Assembly (NCBI GenBank): GCA_035316025.1 | Contig: DATFXL010000053.1 | Span: 1,748 to 65,747 of the forward strand | Direction of reading: 5' to 3' | DNA length: 64,000 nt | Origin: Acidimicrobiia bacterium | Lineage (GTDB): Bacteria > Actinomycetota > Acidimicrobiia > IMCC26256 > JACDBD01 | Shown here: one piece after another, positions 38,499 through 47,527 of the stretch | How the letters are laid out: the number at the start of each line of letters is the position of its first letter | How positions within the stretch are numbered: position 1 is the first letter of the stretch | Program-made: the position numbers and the translations under genes | Notes under the pieces: model-generated | Told to the model about the DNA's origin: nothing | Databases searched by the model: none | The model's input: the letters and a program-made list of their open reading frames with translations, nothing else

Positions 38499-38881
38499 GT
38501 CGAATAGGGCGTGACCGGCTGCTCGAGCGCTTCACCGTCGACGACAAGGTCGACGCGCTCGTTGTAGAAGCACAGCAAGCCGGCGACCCCCTCGGCCTGG
38601 GGGATCGGCGACTCGTAGCTCCACACGAGATCGTGGTGCAGCTCGTCCTCGAGCTCGACCGACCAGTACGACGCCTGGCCCTTGAACGGGCAGGTCGTCT
38701 CGCTGTTCGTCGGCCGGAGCAGATCCTGGCGCACGTGCTCCCGAGGCAGGTAGTACCGCGTCGGGAGGCCCGTCTCCTCGAGCAGCACCGGACGGTCCGA
38801 CTCGGCGATCTTCACCCCGTTGACGTGCACTTCGACGTGCACCTCAGCGGGAGTGACGGTAATGCGGTGTCCTTGGGTCAT
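38495..38881 (-). CDS. DUF427 domain-containing protein
   Basis: C-terminal 128 codons of track ORF 38495..38917 from ATG 38881. The sequence reads LPTRYYLPREHV..TCPFKGQASYWSV..VWSYESP..VAGLLCFYNERVD. Confidence 0.7.
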   Translation of the reverse strand: MTQGHRITVTPAEVHVEVHVNGVKIAESDRPVLLEETGLPTRYYLPREHVRQDLLRPTNSETTCPFKGQASYWSVELEDELHHDLVWSYESPIPQAEGVAGLLCFYNERVDLVVDGEALEQPVTPYST

Positions 38882-38917
38882 GGCCGTGCAAACCCCCAGT
38901 GGCGAACGACATTCCAT

Positions 38918-38939
38918 CCTGCCACCCCGATCTGGCAGG
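38918..38939. promoter_or_regulatory. candidate operator: perfect inverted repeat CCTGCCA-N8-TGGCAGG in the DUF427 / WYL-regulator divergent intergenic region
   Basis: Read directly from the sequence: 38918-38924 CCTGCCA, 8-nt spacer CCCCGATC, 38933-38939 TGGCAGG. It ends 9 nt upstream of the regulator start codon. Confidence 0.35.
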
Positions 38940-38947
38940 TTGTCGGC

Positions 38948-39655
38948 GTGAACCGTACCGATCGCCTCTACGCGATCGTCGAGGTCCTACGGGCGACGGC
39001 CCCACGGGCGCGGGCGGCCCGGGAGCTCGCCGATCGGTTCGAGGTGAGCGTGCGCACCATCGAACGCGACATCTCCTCCCTCCAGCAATCGGGCGTGCCC
39101 GTCTGGGCGACGCCCGGCCCCGGCGGCGGCTACTCCGTCGACCCGTCGATGAGCCTCCCGCCGCTCAACTTCAGCGCCGACGAAGCCACGGCCGTCGCGG
39201 TGGCGCTGGCCGCGAGCGGCCCCATCCCCTTCGGCGACGCGGCCCGGTCGGCGCTGCGCAAGCTCGTCGCCGCCATGTCGGCGACGAATCGCGACGGCGC
39301 GCGCGAGCTCGTCGCCCGGATCCACCTGTTGCAGCAGCGCGGCCACCTCGAGGTCACCCCGGTCGTGCGGGCGGTCGAGACGGCGGTCGCCGGACGCAAG
39401 GTGCTCGAGCTCGACTACGTCGACCGGTCCGGTCAGCGAACCGAGCGGCGGCACGTGGAGCCGTACGGGCTCGCCGGCGGTCAGGACCACTGGTACCTCA
39501 TGGCATGGTGCCGCCTCCGCGGCGGCGGACGGACGTTCCGTCTCGACCGCATGAAGGCGGCGCGGGTGACCGACGAGCCGGCGCCGGAACGCGAGCTGCA
39601 CGAGGTGGCGGGGGACATCGTGTCGTTCGCGCGGGAGACCCGCCTCGAGGAGTGA
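38948..39655 (+). CDS. YafY-type transcriptional regulator (N-terminal HTH + WYL domain)
   Basis: Inner GTG 38948 of track ORF 38633..39655. The HTH region reads RTDRLYAIVEVLR..ARELADRFEVSVRTIERDISSLQQSGVPV. The WYL-type core reads VEPYGLAGGQDHWYLMAWCRLRGGGRTFRLDRM. Confidence 0.75.
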   Translation: MNRTDRLYAIVEVLRATAPRARAARELADRFEVSVRTIERDISSLQQSGVPVWATPGPGGGYSVDPSMSLPPLNFSADEATAVAVALAASGPIPFGDAARSALRKLVAAMSATNRDGARELVARIHLLQQRGHLEVTPVVRAVETAVAGRKVLELDYVDRSGQRTERRHVEPYGLAGGQDHWYLMAWCRLRGGGRTFRLDRMKAARVTDEPAPERELHEVAGDIVSFARETRLEE

Positions 39656-39666
39656 GACCCGTCGGG

Positions 39667-39780
<114 letters not shown>

Positions 39781-39800
39781 GGGGCTACGGTAGCGGCCGC

Positions 39801-40595
39801 ATGGAGACTCTCATCGTCGAACGCGCGGACGGCGTCGTGCGCGTCACGCTGAACCGACCCGACAAGAAGAACGCCATCAACGGGCCCATGTGGCGCGAGC
39901 TCATCGACGTGTTCGACGATGTCGCCGACACGCGGACCGATCGTGTCCTCGTGATCACCGGCGCCGGCGACGGATTCTGTTCCGGCGCCGACCTCGCGCC
40001 GGGCGACAACCCGGACCTCGCATCCCAGGACGGCGGCATCGGCTCCACGTTCCGCCAGATGCGCGTGGTCGGTCGGGCCGCGCTGCGCCTCCACGAGCTC
40101 CCGCAACCATCGATCGCAGCGGTCAACGGGGTCGCCGCCGGGGCGGGGCTGAACCTTGCCCTCGGCTGCGACCTCATCATCGCCTCCGAGCGCGCCCGGT
40201 TCACCGAGATCTTCTCGAAGCGCGGCCTCAACGTCGACTTCGGCGGCTCGTGGGTGCTGCCCCGCCTCGTCGGGCTCCACAAGGCGAAGGAGCTCGTGTT
40301 CCTCGCCGACATCATCGACGCTGAGGAAGCCGAGCGCACCGGCATCGTGAACCGGGTCGTGGCGCACGAGGAACTCGAGAAGGTGGCCGGTGAGTACGCA
40401 GCTCGTCTCGCCGCGTTGCCGCCGATCCAGCTCAGCCTGTCGAAGCGGCTCCTCAACCAGTCGTTCTCCGTGTCGATGGCCGAGGCGCTCGAGTTCGAGG
40501 ACACGGCCCAGGCGATGAACTTCGCGTCGAAGGACACCGCCGAGGCGATGCTCGCCTTCCTCCAGAAGCGCGAGCCGAAGTTCACAGGCGAGTAG
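39801..40595 (+). CDS. enoyl-CoA hydratase/isomerase (crotonase) family protein
   Basis: 264 aa reading VTLNRPDKKNAI..VITGAGDGFCSGADL..AAVNGVAAGAGLNLALGCDL. Confidence 0.85.
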   Translation: METLIVERADGVVRVTLNRPDKKNAINGPMWRELIDVFDDVADTRTDRVLVITGAGDGFCSGADLAPGDNPDLASQDGGIGSTFRQMRVVGRAALRLHELPQPSIAAVNGVAAGAGLNLALGCDLIIASERARFTEIFSKRGLNVDFGGSWVLPRLVGLHKAKELVFLADIIDAEEAERTGIVNRVVAHEELEKVAGEYAARLAALPPIQLSLSKRLLNQSFSVSMAEALEFEDTAQAMNFASKDTAEAMLAFLQKREPKFTGE

Positions 40596-40603
40596 GAGCC
40601 CGC

Positions 40604-41734
40604 TCATCGGGGCCACCACCAGCCCCGGCGGTGCTCGACCCAACCCTGCCGCTCGAGAGATCGCAGCGCGACCGAGACGGCTTCGGGCGTGAGGCCCGTG
40701 CGACCGATGAGCTGGTCGACGTCGGCCGCTTCGCCCCCGCACGCGTCGAGGATCTGCGTGCCCGCCTCGTCCGGCGTCGGCCGTGGGGATGGCGCGCCCC
40801 AGCCCCGGCGCGACCCCGGCGTCAGCCCGAGGGCCACGAGCACGTCGTCGGGGTCGAGGAGCGGCTGCGCGCCATCGGCCAGCAGCGTGTTGCACCCCTC
40901 GGCGGACGGGTTGCGCCTCGACCCGGGGACGACGAGGACCGGACGGCCGTACTCGAGCCCGTAGTCGGCCGTGATGCGGGCGCCACCGCGTCGTGTCGCC
41001 TCGACGACCACCAGGACGTCGGCGAGGGCGGCGATGATGCGGTTGCGCACAGGGAACCGAAAGCGGTTCGCGCCGGCGCCGAATCCCGACTCGCTCAGGA
41101 GCACACCGGCTTGGCGCACGCGATCGAACAGCACGACGTGCCGGCGCGGGTATACGACGTCGAGTCCGGTCGCCACCACGCCCGCGACCCCACCATCCTC
41201 GTCGAGGGCGCCTTCGTGGGCGGCGCCGTCGATCCCGATGGCCAGACCGCTCACGACCGTCACGCCGCGACGGGCGAGAAACGCACCCAGCTCGCGCGCG
41301 TCGGCCAAGCCGTGCACGGACGCCGAGCGCGTGCCCACGATCGCGACGCGTGGGCGGCACAGGACTTCAGGAACCTTCCCTTCGAGGAGCAGCACTGCCG
41401 GCCGATCCGGAACGTCCTCAGCGATCGGGTAGCCGGAGTGACCGTCTCGAACGACGGCGGTGCCGCGACGGGCGAGCTCGGGTGCGAGGTCGAGGATGCC
41501 TGCCGCCCGTGCCCATCGTCGGACCAACGCGTCGCGGTCGTGCTCGCGCACGAGACGGACGTCGTGCGCCAGCGCCGACCCCGCTCGGCCGTCACGCACG
41601 GCGGTGAGTGCGGCGCCAGGATCCGGCCATTGCTCCAAGACGGCGCGCAACCGGCGCGGTCCCATGTCCGGAAGACAGACGAGCGTGGCCGCGGCCACGT
41701 CGGCGGCGTCCGGAGAAGCCCGACCGGCCGTCAC
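40604..41734 (-). CDS. dprA: DNA-processing protein DprA
   Basis: 376 aa. The Rossmann-like DprA core reads VAIVGTRSAS..GLAIGIDGAAHEGAL..GVVATGLDVVYPRRH..FPVRNRIIAAL. GTG 41734 overlaps the comM stop (GTGA). Confidence 0.85.
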   Translation of the reverse strand: MTAGRASPDAADVAAATLVCLPDMGPRRLRAVLEQWPDPGAALTAVRDGRAGSALAHDVRLVREHDRDALVRRWARAAGILDLAPELARRGTAVVRDGHSGYPIAEDVPDRPAVLLLEGKVPEVLCRPRVAIVGTRSASVHGLADARELGAFLARRGVTVVSGLAIGIDGAAHEGALDEDGGVAGVVATGLDVVYPRRHVVLFDRVRQAGVLLSESGFGAGANRFRFPVRNRIIAALADVLVVVEATRRGGARITADYGLEYGRPVLVVPGSRRNPSAEGCNTLLADGAQPLLDPDDVLVALGLTPGSRRGWGAPSPRPTPDEAGTQILDACGGEAADVDQLIGRTGLTPEAVSVALRSLERQGWVEHRRGWWWPR

Positions 41735-43236
41735 GGCACGTCCTCCCGGAGCGCGGCGGCCAGCGTGACGTGTCGCTCGTCCACTTCTTGGCTGTCCTCG
41801 AGGTCAGCGAGCGTCCGGGCGACCCGCCGCACCCGTCCCGCGCCGCGCCCCGTGAGCGCGTCGTGCGCGATCGCCCAGCGCCAGGCGTCCTCGCCGTCGG
41901 ACGTCAGCGGGATGACGTCGGCCAAGGCTCCGGCGGGGACCCTCGCGTTCCGCCGCCAGGAACGCGACGCGTAGCGACGCTGCTGCCGGGTGACGGCGTC
42001 GACGACTCGCGCGCGTACCGCGGCCGACGGCTCCCCGGGGCTGTCGTCCGACGCGGGCGCATGTACTTCCAGTCGCAGGTCGAAGCGGTCGAGCAGCGGC
42101 GCCGACAGACGACGGCGATAGCGTGCGCGTTGCATCTCGGTGCACTGGCAGCTCGGCCCGCCCCGCCCGCACGGGCACGGGTTGGAGCAGGCGACGAGCA
42201 GGAAATCCGACGGGAACACGATCGACATCACCTGGCGCGAGATGCGCACGACGTGTTCCTCGATCGGTTGGCGTAACGCGTCGAGCGCGTGCGGTGGGAA
42301 CTCGCCCAGCTCGTCGAGGAACAACGTGCCGTGGTGCGCGAGGGTGACCTCGCCCGGGCGCAAGCGTGACGAGCCGCCGCCGACCAGCGCGGCCGTGGAG
42401 GCCGTGTGGTGCGGGGCGCGGAACGGGCGGCGGTGGGCGAGGCCGTGCGCGGGGGCGTGACCGGCGGCCGAGTGGATGCGGGTGACCTCCAGTGCTTCGT
42501 CCGGTCCGAGCGGCGGGAGGATCGTCGGAAGGCGTCGGGCCAGCATCGTCTTGCCGGTGCCGGGCGGCCCGGTGAGTAGGAGGTGATGGCCGCCGGCCCC
42601 GGCGACCTCGAGCGCGCGCCGCGCACGAGGGAGCCCGCGCACGTCGGCGAGGTCGACGGGCTCGTCGTCGAGTTCGGCGGTGTCGGTGGGACCGGCGGCG
42701 GTCGGTGGGGGCTCGGGCCACTCGCACTCACCCTTCAGGCACGCGCGGAGCTCCGCCACGCTGCGGGCGGGGCGCACCTCCATGCCGTCCACGAGCGAGG
42801 CCTCGGCCACGTCCGAGATCGGGACGACGACGCTGCCCGTTCCTGCGCCCCGGAGCGCGTCGACGAGCGCGAGCGCGCCCGGCACGGGACGGACCGAGCC
42901 GTCGAGGCCCAGCTCCCCGAGCACGCCGATCCCGTCGAGCACGCCGTCGGCGAGCTGACCGGTAGCGGCGATCAGGCCGAGCGCGACGGCGAGCTCGAAC
43001 CCGGCGCCCGTCTTGCGCACGCCGCCCGGTGCCAGGTTGACGGTGATGCGCTGCTGGGGGAACTCGAGCTGCGACGAGAGCAACGCGGCCCGCACCCGCT
43101 CACGTGACTCTCGTACGGCGGCGTCGGGCAACCCGACGACGTGGTAGCTGGGCAGACCGCGCGACACGTGAACCTCGACCGTGACGAGGCGACCGTCGAC
43201 GCCGGTGAGCGTGGCGCTGCGTACCGAGGCGAGCAC
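41731..43236 (-). CDS. comM: YifB/ComM family Mg-chelatase-like AAA+ ATPase
   Basis: C-terminal 501 codons of track ORF 41731..43323 from GTG 43236. The canonical N-terminus is (M)LASVRSATLTGVDGRLVTVEV. Walker A is LLLTGPPGTGKTML and Walker B is LFLDELGEF. A CPCG..CQC zinc motif is present. Confidence 0.85.
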   Translation of the reverse strand: MLASVRSATLTGVDGRLVTVEVHVSRGLPSYHVVGLPDAAVRESRERVRAALLSSQLEFPQQRITVNLAPGGVRKTGAGFELAVALGLIAATGQLADGVLDGIGVLGELGLDGSVRPVPGALALVDALRGAGTGSVVVPISDVAEASLVDGMEVRPARSVAELRACLKGECEWPEPPPTAAGPTDTAELDDEPVDLADVRGLPRARRALEVAGAGGHHLLLTGPPGTGKTMLARRLPTILPPLGPDEALEVTRIHSAAGHAPAHGLAHRRPFRAPHHTASTAALVGGGSSRLRPGEVTLAHHGTLFLDELGEFPPHALDALRQPIEEHVVRISRQVMSIVFPSDFLLVACSNPCPCGRGGPSCQCTEMQRARYRRRLSAPLLDRFDLRLEVHAPASDDSPGEPSAAVRARVVDAVTRQQRRYASRSWRRNARVPAGALADVIPLTSDGEDAWRWAIAHDALTGRGAGRVRRVARTLADLEDSQEVDERHVTLAAALREDVP

Positions 43237-43288
43237 GGAGGACCTCCCGCGAATCGTGGAACGGGAGGGCCGGAGCCGCGGCAACCTC

Positions 43289-43330
43289 GACGGCGAACGC
43301 ACCGTATCGGACGGCGAGCGCACCGTATCG
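43289..43330. repeat. tandem direct repeat, 2 x 21 bp (GACGGCGA[A/G]CGCACCGTATCG), followed by the palindrome CACGCGTG
   Basis: Read directly from the sequence. Unit 1 is 43289-43309 and unit 2 is 43310-43330, with a single A/G difference. The palindrome is at 43331-43338. It lies in the comM / xerC divergent intergenic region. Confidence 0.9.
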
Positions 43331-43428
43331 CACGCGTGTGACGACTACGCCCGGGCTGGTATGGCACGGTGCGCGCCAGCTCACTTGGTAACGTCCCGAC
43401 GCGGGTGGGGAGAAATCCGAGGTGTCGT

Positions 43429-44331
43429 GTGAGCTGGGCCGTGGACGAGTTCGTCGCGTCGCTGGCGGGGGCGAGCGCGCACACGGCCGAGGCGTACGGG
43501 GCCGATGTCCGTCAGTTCGTCGCCTGGGCTGACCGGGGAGGGTGCCCCACGCCCGACCGGATCGACCGGGCGACGTTGCGGCGCTACCTCGCCTACCTCA
43601 CGACGCGGCACTTCGCCCGGCGCTCGATCGCCCGCAAGGCGGCCTCGCTCCGGGCCTACCTCAGATTCCTCCATCGTCGGGGAGTGATCCCCACCGACCC
43701 CGGTCGGTCGCTGCGGGCGCCGAAGGGCGAAGCGCGACTTCCTCGTGTGCCGCGCCAGGTCGAGGCCGAGAGAATGCTCGAGGCGGCCTCGGCTGCTGAC
43801 CTCGAGGACGTCGAGGCCGACGGCGCCGCGGTCGCGTGGCGGGACCTCGCCGTGCTCGAACTGCTCTACGGCGCGGGCCTCCGGGTCAGCGAGTGCTGCG
43901 GGCTCACGCTCGAGTCGATCGACACGGAGAGAGGCTTCGTCACGGTGCTGGGCAAGGGTGCGAAGGAGCGCCGAGTGCCGCTCGGCAAACCCGGCGCGGC
44001 CGCCGTGCGCGGGTACCTCGCGCACGGGCGACCGGAGCTCGTGACCGACCGGACGCCGGCGGACGCCGTGTTCCTCAACGCTCGCGGCCGGCGGCTCACC
44101 ACCCGCGACGCCCGCCGCATCGTGGCCCGCCACCCGTTGCCCGACGGGCAGGCGCTCCATCCGCACGCGCTCCGCCATGCGTACGCGACCCATCTGCTCG
44201 AGCGAGGCGCCGACCTCCGCGCCGTCCAAGAACTGCTCGGGCACTCTGACCTGGCCACCACGCAGATCTACACGCACCTGACGCGCGAGCGCCTCCGCGC
44301 CGTCTACGACGCGACCCATCCTCGTGCCTGA
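43429..44331 (+). CDS. xerC: site-specific tyrosine recombinase XerC/XerD family (context suggests XerC)
   Basis: Inner GTG 43429 of track ORF 43369..44331, with GAGG upstream. The catalytic pattern is present: LLYGAGLRVSE (Arg), HPHALRHAYATHLL (H-x-x-R) and LGHSDLATTQIYTH (His, Tyr). Confidence 0.85.
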   Translation: MSWAVDEFVASLAGASAHTAEAYGADVRQFVAWADRGGCPTPDRIDRATLRRYLAYLTTRHFARRSIARKAASLRAYLRFLHRRGVIPTDPGRSLRAPKGEARLPRVPRQVEAERMLEAASAADLEDVEADGAAVAWRDLAVLELLYGAGLRVSECCGLTLESIDTERGFVTVLGKGAKERRVPLGKPGAAAVRGYLAHGRPELVTDRTPADAVFLNARGRRLTTRDARRIVARHPLPDGQALHPHALRHAYATHLLERGADLRAVQELLGHSDLATTQIYTHLTRERLRAVYDATHPRA

Positions 44332-44542
44332 CGACCGGGACGGTCACGCGGTCGCCGAGCTCAGGCGCGAACACAAGCAAGACCGGATGCCGGAAGCGCG
44401 CGAGCAATTCACCGTTTCCGACGCGGCGCCGGCCTTTTCATTGTCGTAGCCCCCCGGTACGATCCAGGTGTCGCGTCGAGCTTCGCTCCGCGACGGCTTC
44501 TCCCGGTGCTTCCCCGTGTCGTCCTCGACCCACGGAGCACCC

Positions 44543-46306
44543 ATGCGCCTGCACCCGCCCCGCCGCGAGGTCACGGTCTGCCTCGTTCTGTGTCTCGCGG
44601 CGACCTCGTTCCTCGTCGCGCGGCGGACCGGGCTCGCCGGCGCGGCGCCCGGCGGCTGCGGGGGGTGGCTCCCACCGGTCGAGGGCGAGATCACACAAGC
44701 CTTCCGCGCGCCCGCGTTCGCCTATGGGCCGGGCCATCGGGGTGTCGACTTCGCCGCCGCGCTCGGCACCCCCGTCCGCGCCGCGGCAGACGGGATCGTC
44801 GCGTTCGCCGGGTCGGTGGCGGGATCGCTGCACGTCGTCGTCGCCCACGACGGCGGCCGGACCGGCGGAGCCCTGACCGCTCTCCGGACCACGTACGCCT
44901 TCCTGGCCGGCATCGCGGTCCGCGAGGGCGACCGCCTCGCGCGAGGCCAGGTCGTGGGCACCGCCGGGAGCACGGGGCCGCTGCACGAGGAGAGCGGGCT
45001 CCACTTCGGGGTCCGCCTCGGCGATCGGTACCTCGATCCCCGGCAGTTCTTCGAGCTCTGCGACCTGACGCAACTCGTGCGGCTCGTGCCCGTCGACGAG
45101 GTTCTGGCCGAGCCCTGGGACGCCGGCCGATCTTCCGCGCTCGGGTCCCTGACTTCCGGCAGATCTGCAGTCGCGGCAGTCGCCGGCGACCTCGCGGGCG
45201 CGCTCGGCGATGCCGACGGAGTAGCGGCCGACGTCGGGCGTCGAGGCTGGGACGCGATGAGCGACGTTGCCGGCGCAGGAGCGGGCAAGGCGCGCGCCGT
45301 CGCCGACGCCGGTACACGCGCAGCGCGCCGCCTGGCGAGCGTCGCCACCGCGGTCCTGGATCGTTCGCCGGGAGGGATGGCGGCCTCGATCGCGGCGGAC
45401 GTGGCGGGCGGGGCCGTCGACTGGTGGCGACATCGCCGCGAGTGCTCGGACGCCAGCGCCGCGGCCGACGGCACCGGAGGCTCCGGCCACATGCTGATGG
45501 CCGTCGGCGGCCTCGACTCGGAGGGGGCGCCGAACAGCCCGACGTTCGGGCTCGACACGCGCGCGCTCGGCTACCTCGACGACGAGGTCACCTACTTCTC
45601 GTACGCGCCCGGAGGCGGCGCGTACGACCCCCCGCAGACCCACGGCGACCTGCGGCGCTCCGGCCGCCGTCTCGCCGAGCAGCTCGAGGAACTGCAGCGC
45701 GAGCACCCCGGGCTCGAGGTCGACCTCATCGCCCACTCGCAGGGCGGCGTCGTGGTGGACGTCTTCCTCCAGGAGTTCTACGACGCCAGTGATCCCGCAT
45801 ACCCACCCATCGGGACAGTCGTGACGCTGTCGTCACCCCACGAAGGCGCGCCGCTCGCCACCGTCGCCGCCGATTGGCGGCGCAGTCCGGTCGGCGACGC
45901 GCTGATCGACGCGGCTCAGGGTCGCCTTCCCAGCCCGCCGGCCGACGCGCCCGCGGTCCGCCAGCTCGACGAGCACTCGCGCTTCTTGCGCGAGCTGTGG
46001 CGTGACCACCTCCCCGAGCACGTCGACTTCACCACGATCGGCGCGACCGACGACGTGCTGGTACCGGCGACGCAGATCGACGTCCCCGAAGCCAAGAAGG
46101 TCGTCGTCGACGTAGGTGGGGGTTCGCTCGACGACCACGCCGACATCGGGCGCGACAGCGGTGCGCTCGGTGCCGTGCGCGCCGCGCTCGAGGGTCGGGC
46201 TCCGCCCTGCGTCGGCGTGGCCGAGGGTCTACGCGGCGTCGTCGTTCCGACGTTGATCACCCGAGTCGAGCACGCGCTCGGCGACCTGCCGGTGGTCACA
46301 CGATGA
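44543..46306 (+). CDS. secreted/membrane-anchored fusion protein: N-terminal M23 (LytM-type) peptidase domain + C-terminal alpha/beta-hydrolase (lipase/esterase-like) domain
   Basis: Frame of track ORF 44468..46306. ATG 44543 gives a signal/anchor-like N-terminus (MRLHPPRREVTVCLVLCLAATSFLV). The M23 domain has GHRGVDF (HxxxD) and GLHFGVR. The C-terminal half has a nucleophile elbow IAHSQGG plus GATDDVLVP and DDHADI, a putative Ser-Asp-His triad. Confidence 0.7.
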   Translation: MRLHPPRREVTVCLVLCLAATSFLVARRTGLAGAAPGGCGGWLPPVEGEITQAFRAPAFAYGPGHRGVDFAAALGTPVRAAADGIVAFAGSVAGSLHVVVAHDGGRTGGALTALRTTYAFLAGIAVREGDRLARGQVVGTAGSTGPLHEESGLHFGVRLGDRYLDPRQFFELCDLTQLVRLVPVDEVLAEPWDAGRSSALGSLTSGRSAVAAVAGDLAGALGDADGVAADVGRRGWDAMSDVAGAGAGKARAVADAGTRAARRLASVATAVLDRSPGGMAASIAADVAGGAVDWWRHRRECSDASAAADGTGGSGHMLMAVGGLDSEGAPNSPTFGLDTRALGYLDDEVTYFSYAPGGGAYDPPQTHGDLRRSGRRLAEQLEELQREHPGLEVDLIAHSQGGVVVDVFLQEFYDASDPAYPPIGTVVTLSSPHEGAPLATVAADWRRSPVGDALIDAAQGRLPSPPADAPAVRQLDEHSRFLRELWRDHLPEHVDFTTIGATDDVLVPATQIDVPEAKKVVVDVGGGSLDDHADIGRDSGALGAVRAALEGRAPPCVGVAEGLRGVVVPTLITRVEHALGDLPVVTR

Positions 46307-47391
46307 CCGGTGGGCGAGTGCTGGCCACGGCGGTCGTCACGACGTTCGCGTCCGTCGCCGGCGCTTGCGCGCAGCCTGCGAGCACCGGCCCGGCGCGTGG
46401 TGCGACGTGGCGCACCGAAGTGAGCTGGCCGTTCTCGCTCGGCGTCCGCGGACCCGACACCGTGGTCTCGGGCGGTAGGAACCGGATCCTCGCCCTCGAC
46501 ACCATGACCGGACGTGAACGCTGGCGTGCCGAGGTGACACAGGTCACGCACTACGAGCCCGCCCTCGACGACGCGACCGTCCTCGTCAGCGCGGACGATC
46601 GTGTCGTCGCCCTCGAACGCGCGTCCGGAGAGCGCCGCTGGGAGGCGACCGTCGGCGATCATGCCGGCGGCGTCGCGCTGACCCGAGCCGGTTCGGATGT
46701 CCTCGCGCTCGTCACCACCGAGCGGGGCATCCTGGCCGGGCTCGACAACCTCACGGGGCGGGCGCGCTGGTCGGTGCAGGTGCCGGGGGCGATCTGGGCC
46801 GCGCCCGCCCCACGCGCGAGCGTCGGCGCCGGCGCGGTCTTGTGGACAGACGTCGGGCAGCACCTGCGCGTGTTCGACCTCGCGACCGGCGCGGTCCGCT
46901 GGGAGGTCACGGTCGCACCGGGAGCGTCGGCCCCCTTGATCCGGGCCGGCGAAGTCGTGATCGGCGAGGGCGACGGGAACTTCGGCGCCCGTGTGGTGGG
47001 GCGTGATCTCGCTTCCGGGACCGAGCGCTGGTCGGTGCCGGCGCCGGCGTCGTTCGAGGCGGGCGTCACCCCGGGTGCCGCGGGCGACGACGTGGCCGTG
47101 TGCGACCACTTCGGGACGATCACGCTCGTCGACGGCCGCCGCGGCGCGACGCGCTGGCAGACCGCTCTGCGGGCGCCGATCCTCGACACGCGGGTGGTGC
47201 TCACGCCGCACGCGGTCGTCCTCCGGACCTACGGCGGGAAGATCGTGGTCCTCGACCGGGGGTCGGGCCGGCTCGTCCGGCGTCTCGACCCGGGCGGGTT
47301 CCCGGTCGGGTTCGGCGTGGGGCGAGGACGCCTCGTCTTCGCGGTGCGTCTGGCACGACCCGACCGCGTCGAGTCCGAGCGGCTGCGGTGA
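46303..47391 (+). CDS. PQQ-like (BamB-type) beta-propeller repeat protein, possible lipoprotein
   Basis: 362 aa. The ATG overlaps the upstream stop (ATGA). At least six [TS]Gxx(x)RW blades are present (TGRERW, SGERRW, TGRARW, TGAVRW, SGTERW, RGATRW). The N-terminal ..ASVAGAC is a weak lipobox. Confidence 0.7.
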   Translation: MTGGRVLATAVVTTFASVAGACAQPASTGPARGATWRTEVSWPFSLGVRGPDTVVSGGRNRILALDTMTGRERWRAEVTQVTHYEPALDDATVLVSADDRVVALERASGERRWEATVGDHAGGVALTRAGSDVLALVTTERGILAGLDNLTGRARWSVQVPGAIWAAPAPRASVGAGAVLWTDVGQHLRVFDLATGAVRWEVTVAPGASAPLIRAGEVVIGEGDGNFGARVVGRDLASGTERWSVPAPASFEAGVTPGAAGDDVAVCDHFGTITLVDGRRGATRWQTALRAPILDTRVVLTPHAVVLRTYGGKIVVLDRGSGRLVRRLDPGGFPVGFGVGRGRLVFAVRLARPDRVESERLR

Positions 47392-47527
47392 CAGGGCCTC
47401 CGGTACACTGACCAGCACTCGGCTTCGGGTCGCGGCCCGTTCCGAGAATTCGCACGCCCGCTCCCCACGGTCGTTCGTCCTCCGGACGGGCGCGGCGGGC
47501 CGAGGTTACAACCGAGGGAGAGACCCC

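Noticed and set aside
38940-38962. A RecA-independent DNA-damage promoter (tTGTCRgtg-N8-TAnnnT) or LexA box near the WYL regulator, comM/dprA, recG or the helicase gene.
   Set aside because: TTGTCGGCG at 38940 resembles the first half-site. The downstream TAnnnT is missing at the required spacing, and the site overlaps the start codon. I saw no GAAC-N4-GTTC-type SOS box upstream of the repair genes.
38948-39655. The WYL-domain regulator as a marker of an anti-phage defence island.
   Set aside because: Its neighbours are a DUF427 protein, a micro-ORF and a crotonase. No nuclease, helicase, methyltransferase, Cas or other defence-type genes are adjacent.
43429-44331. The tyrosine recombinase as the integrase of a mobile element or prophage.
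   Set aside because: It sits at the conserved XerC position of the actinobacterial backbone. No tRNA, att-like direct repeats, phage genes or IS features flank it.
44468-44542. GTG 44468 as the start of the M23-hydrolase gene (the longest ORF).
   Set aside because: The 25 extra codons (MSRRASLRDGFSRCFPVSSSTHGAP) precede a much more convincing signal/anchor-like N-terminus that starts at ATG 44543. The choice remains uncertain.
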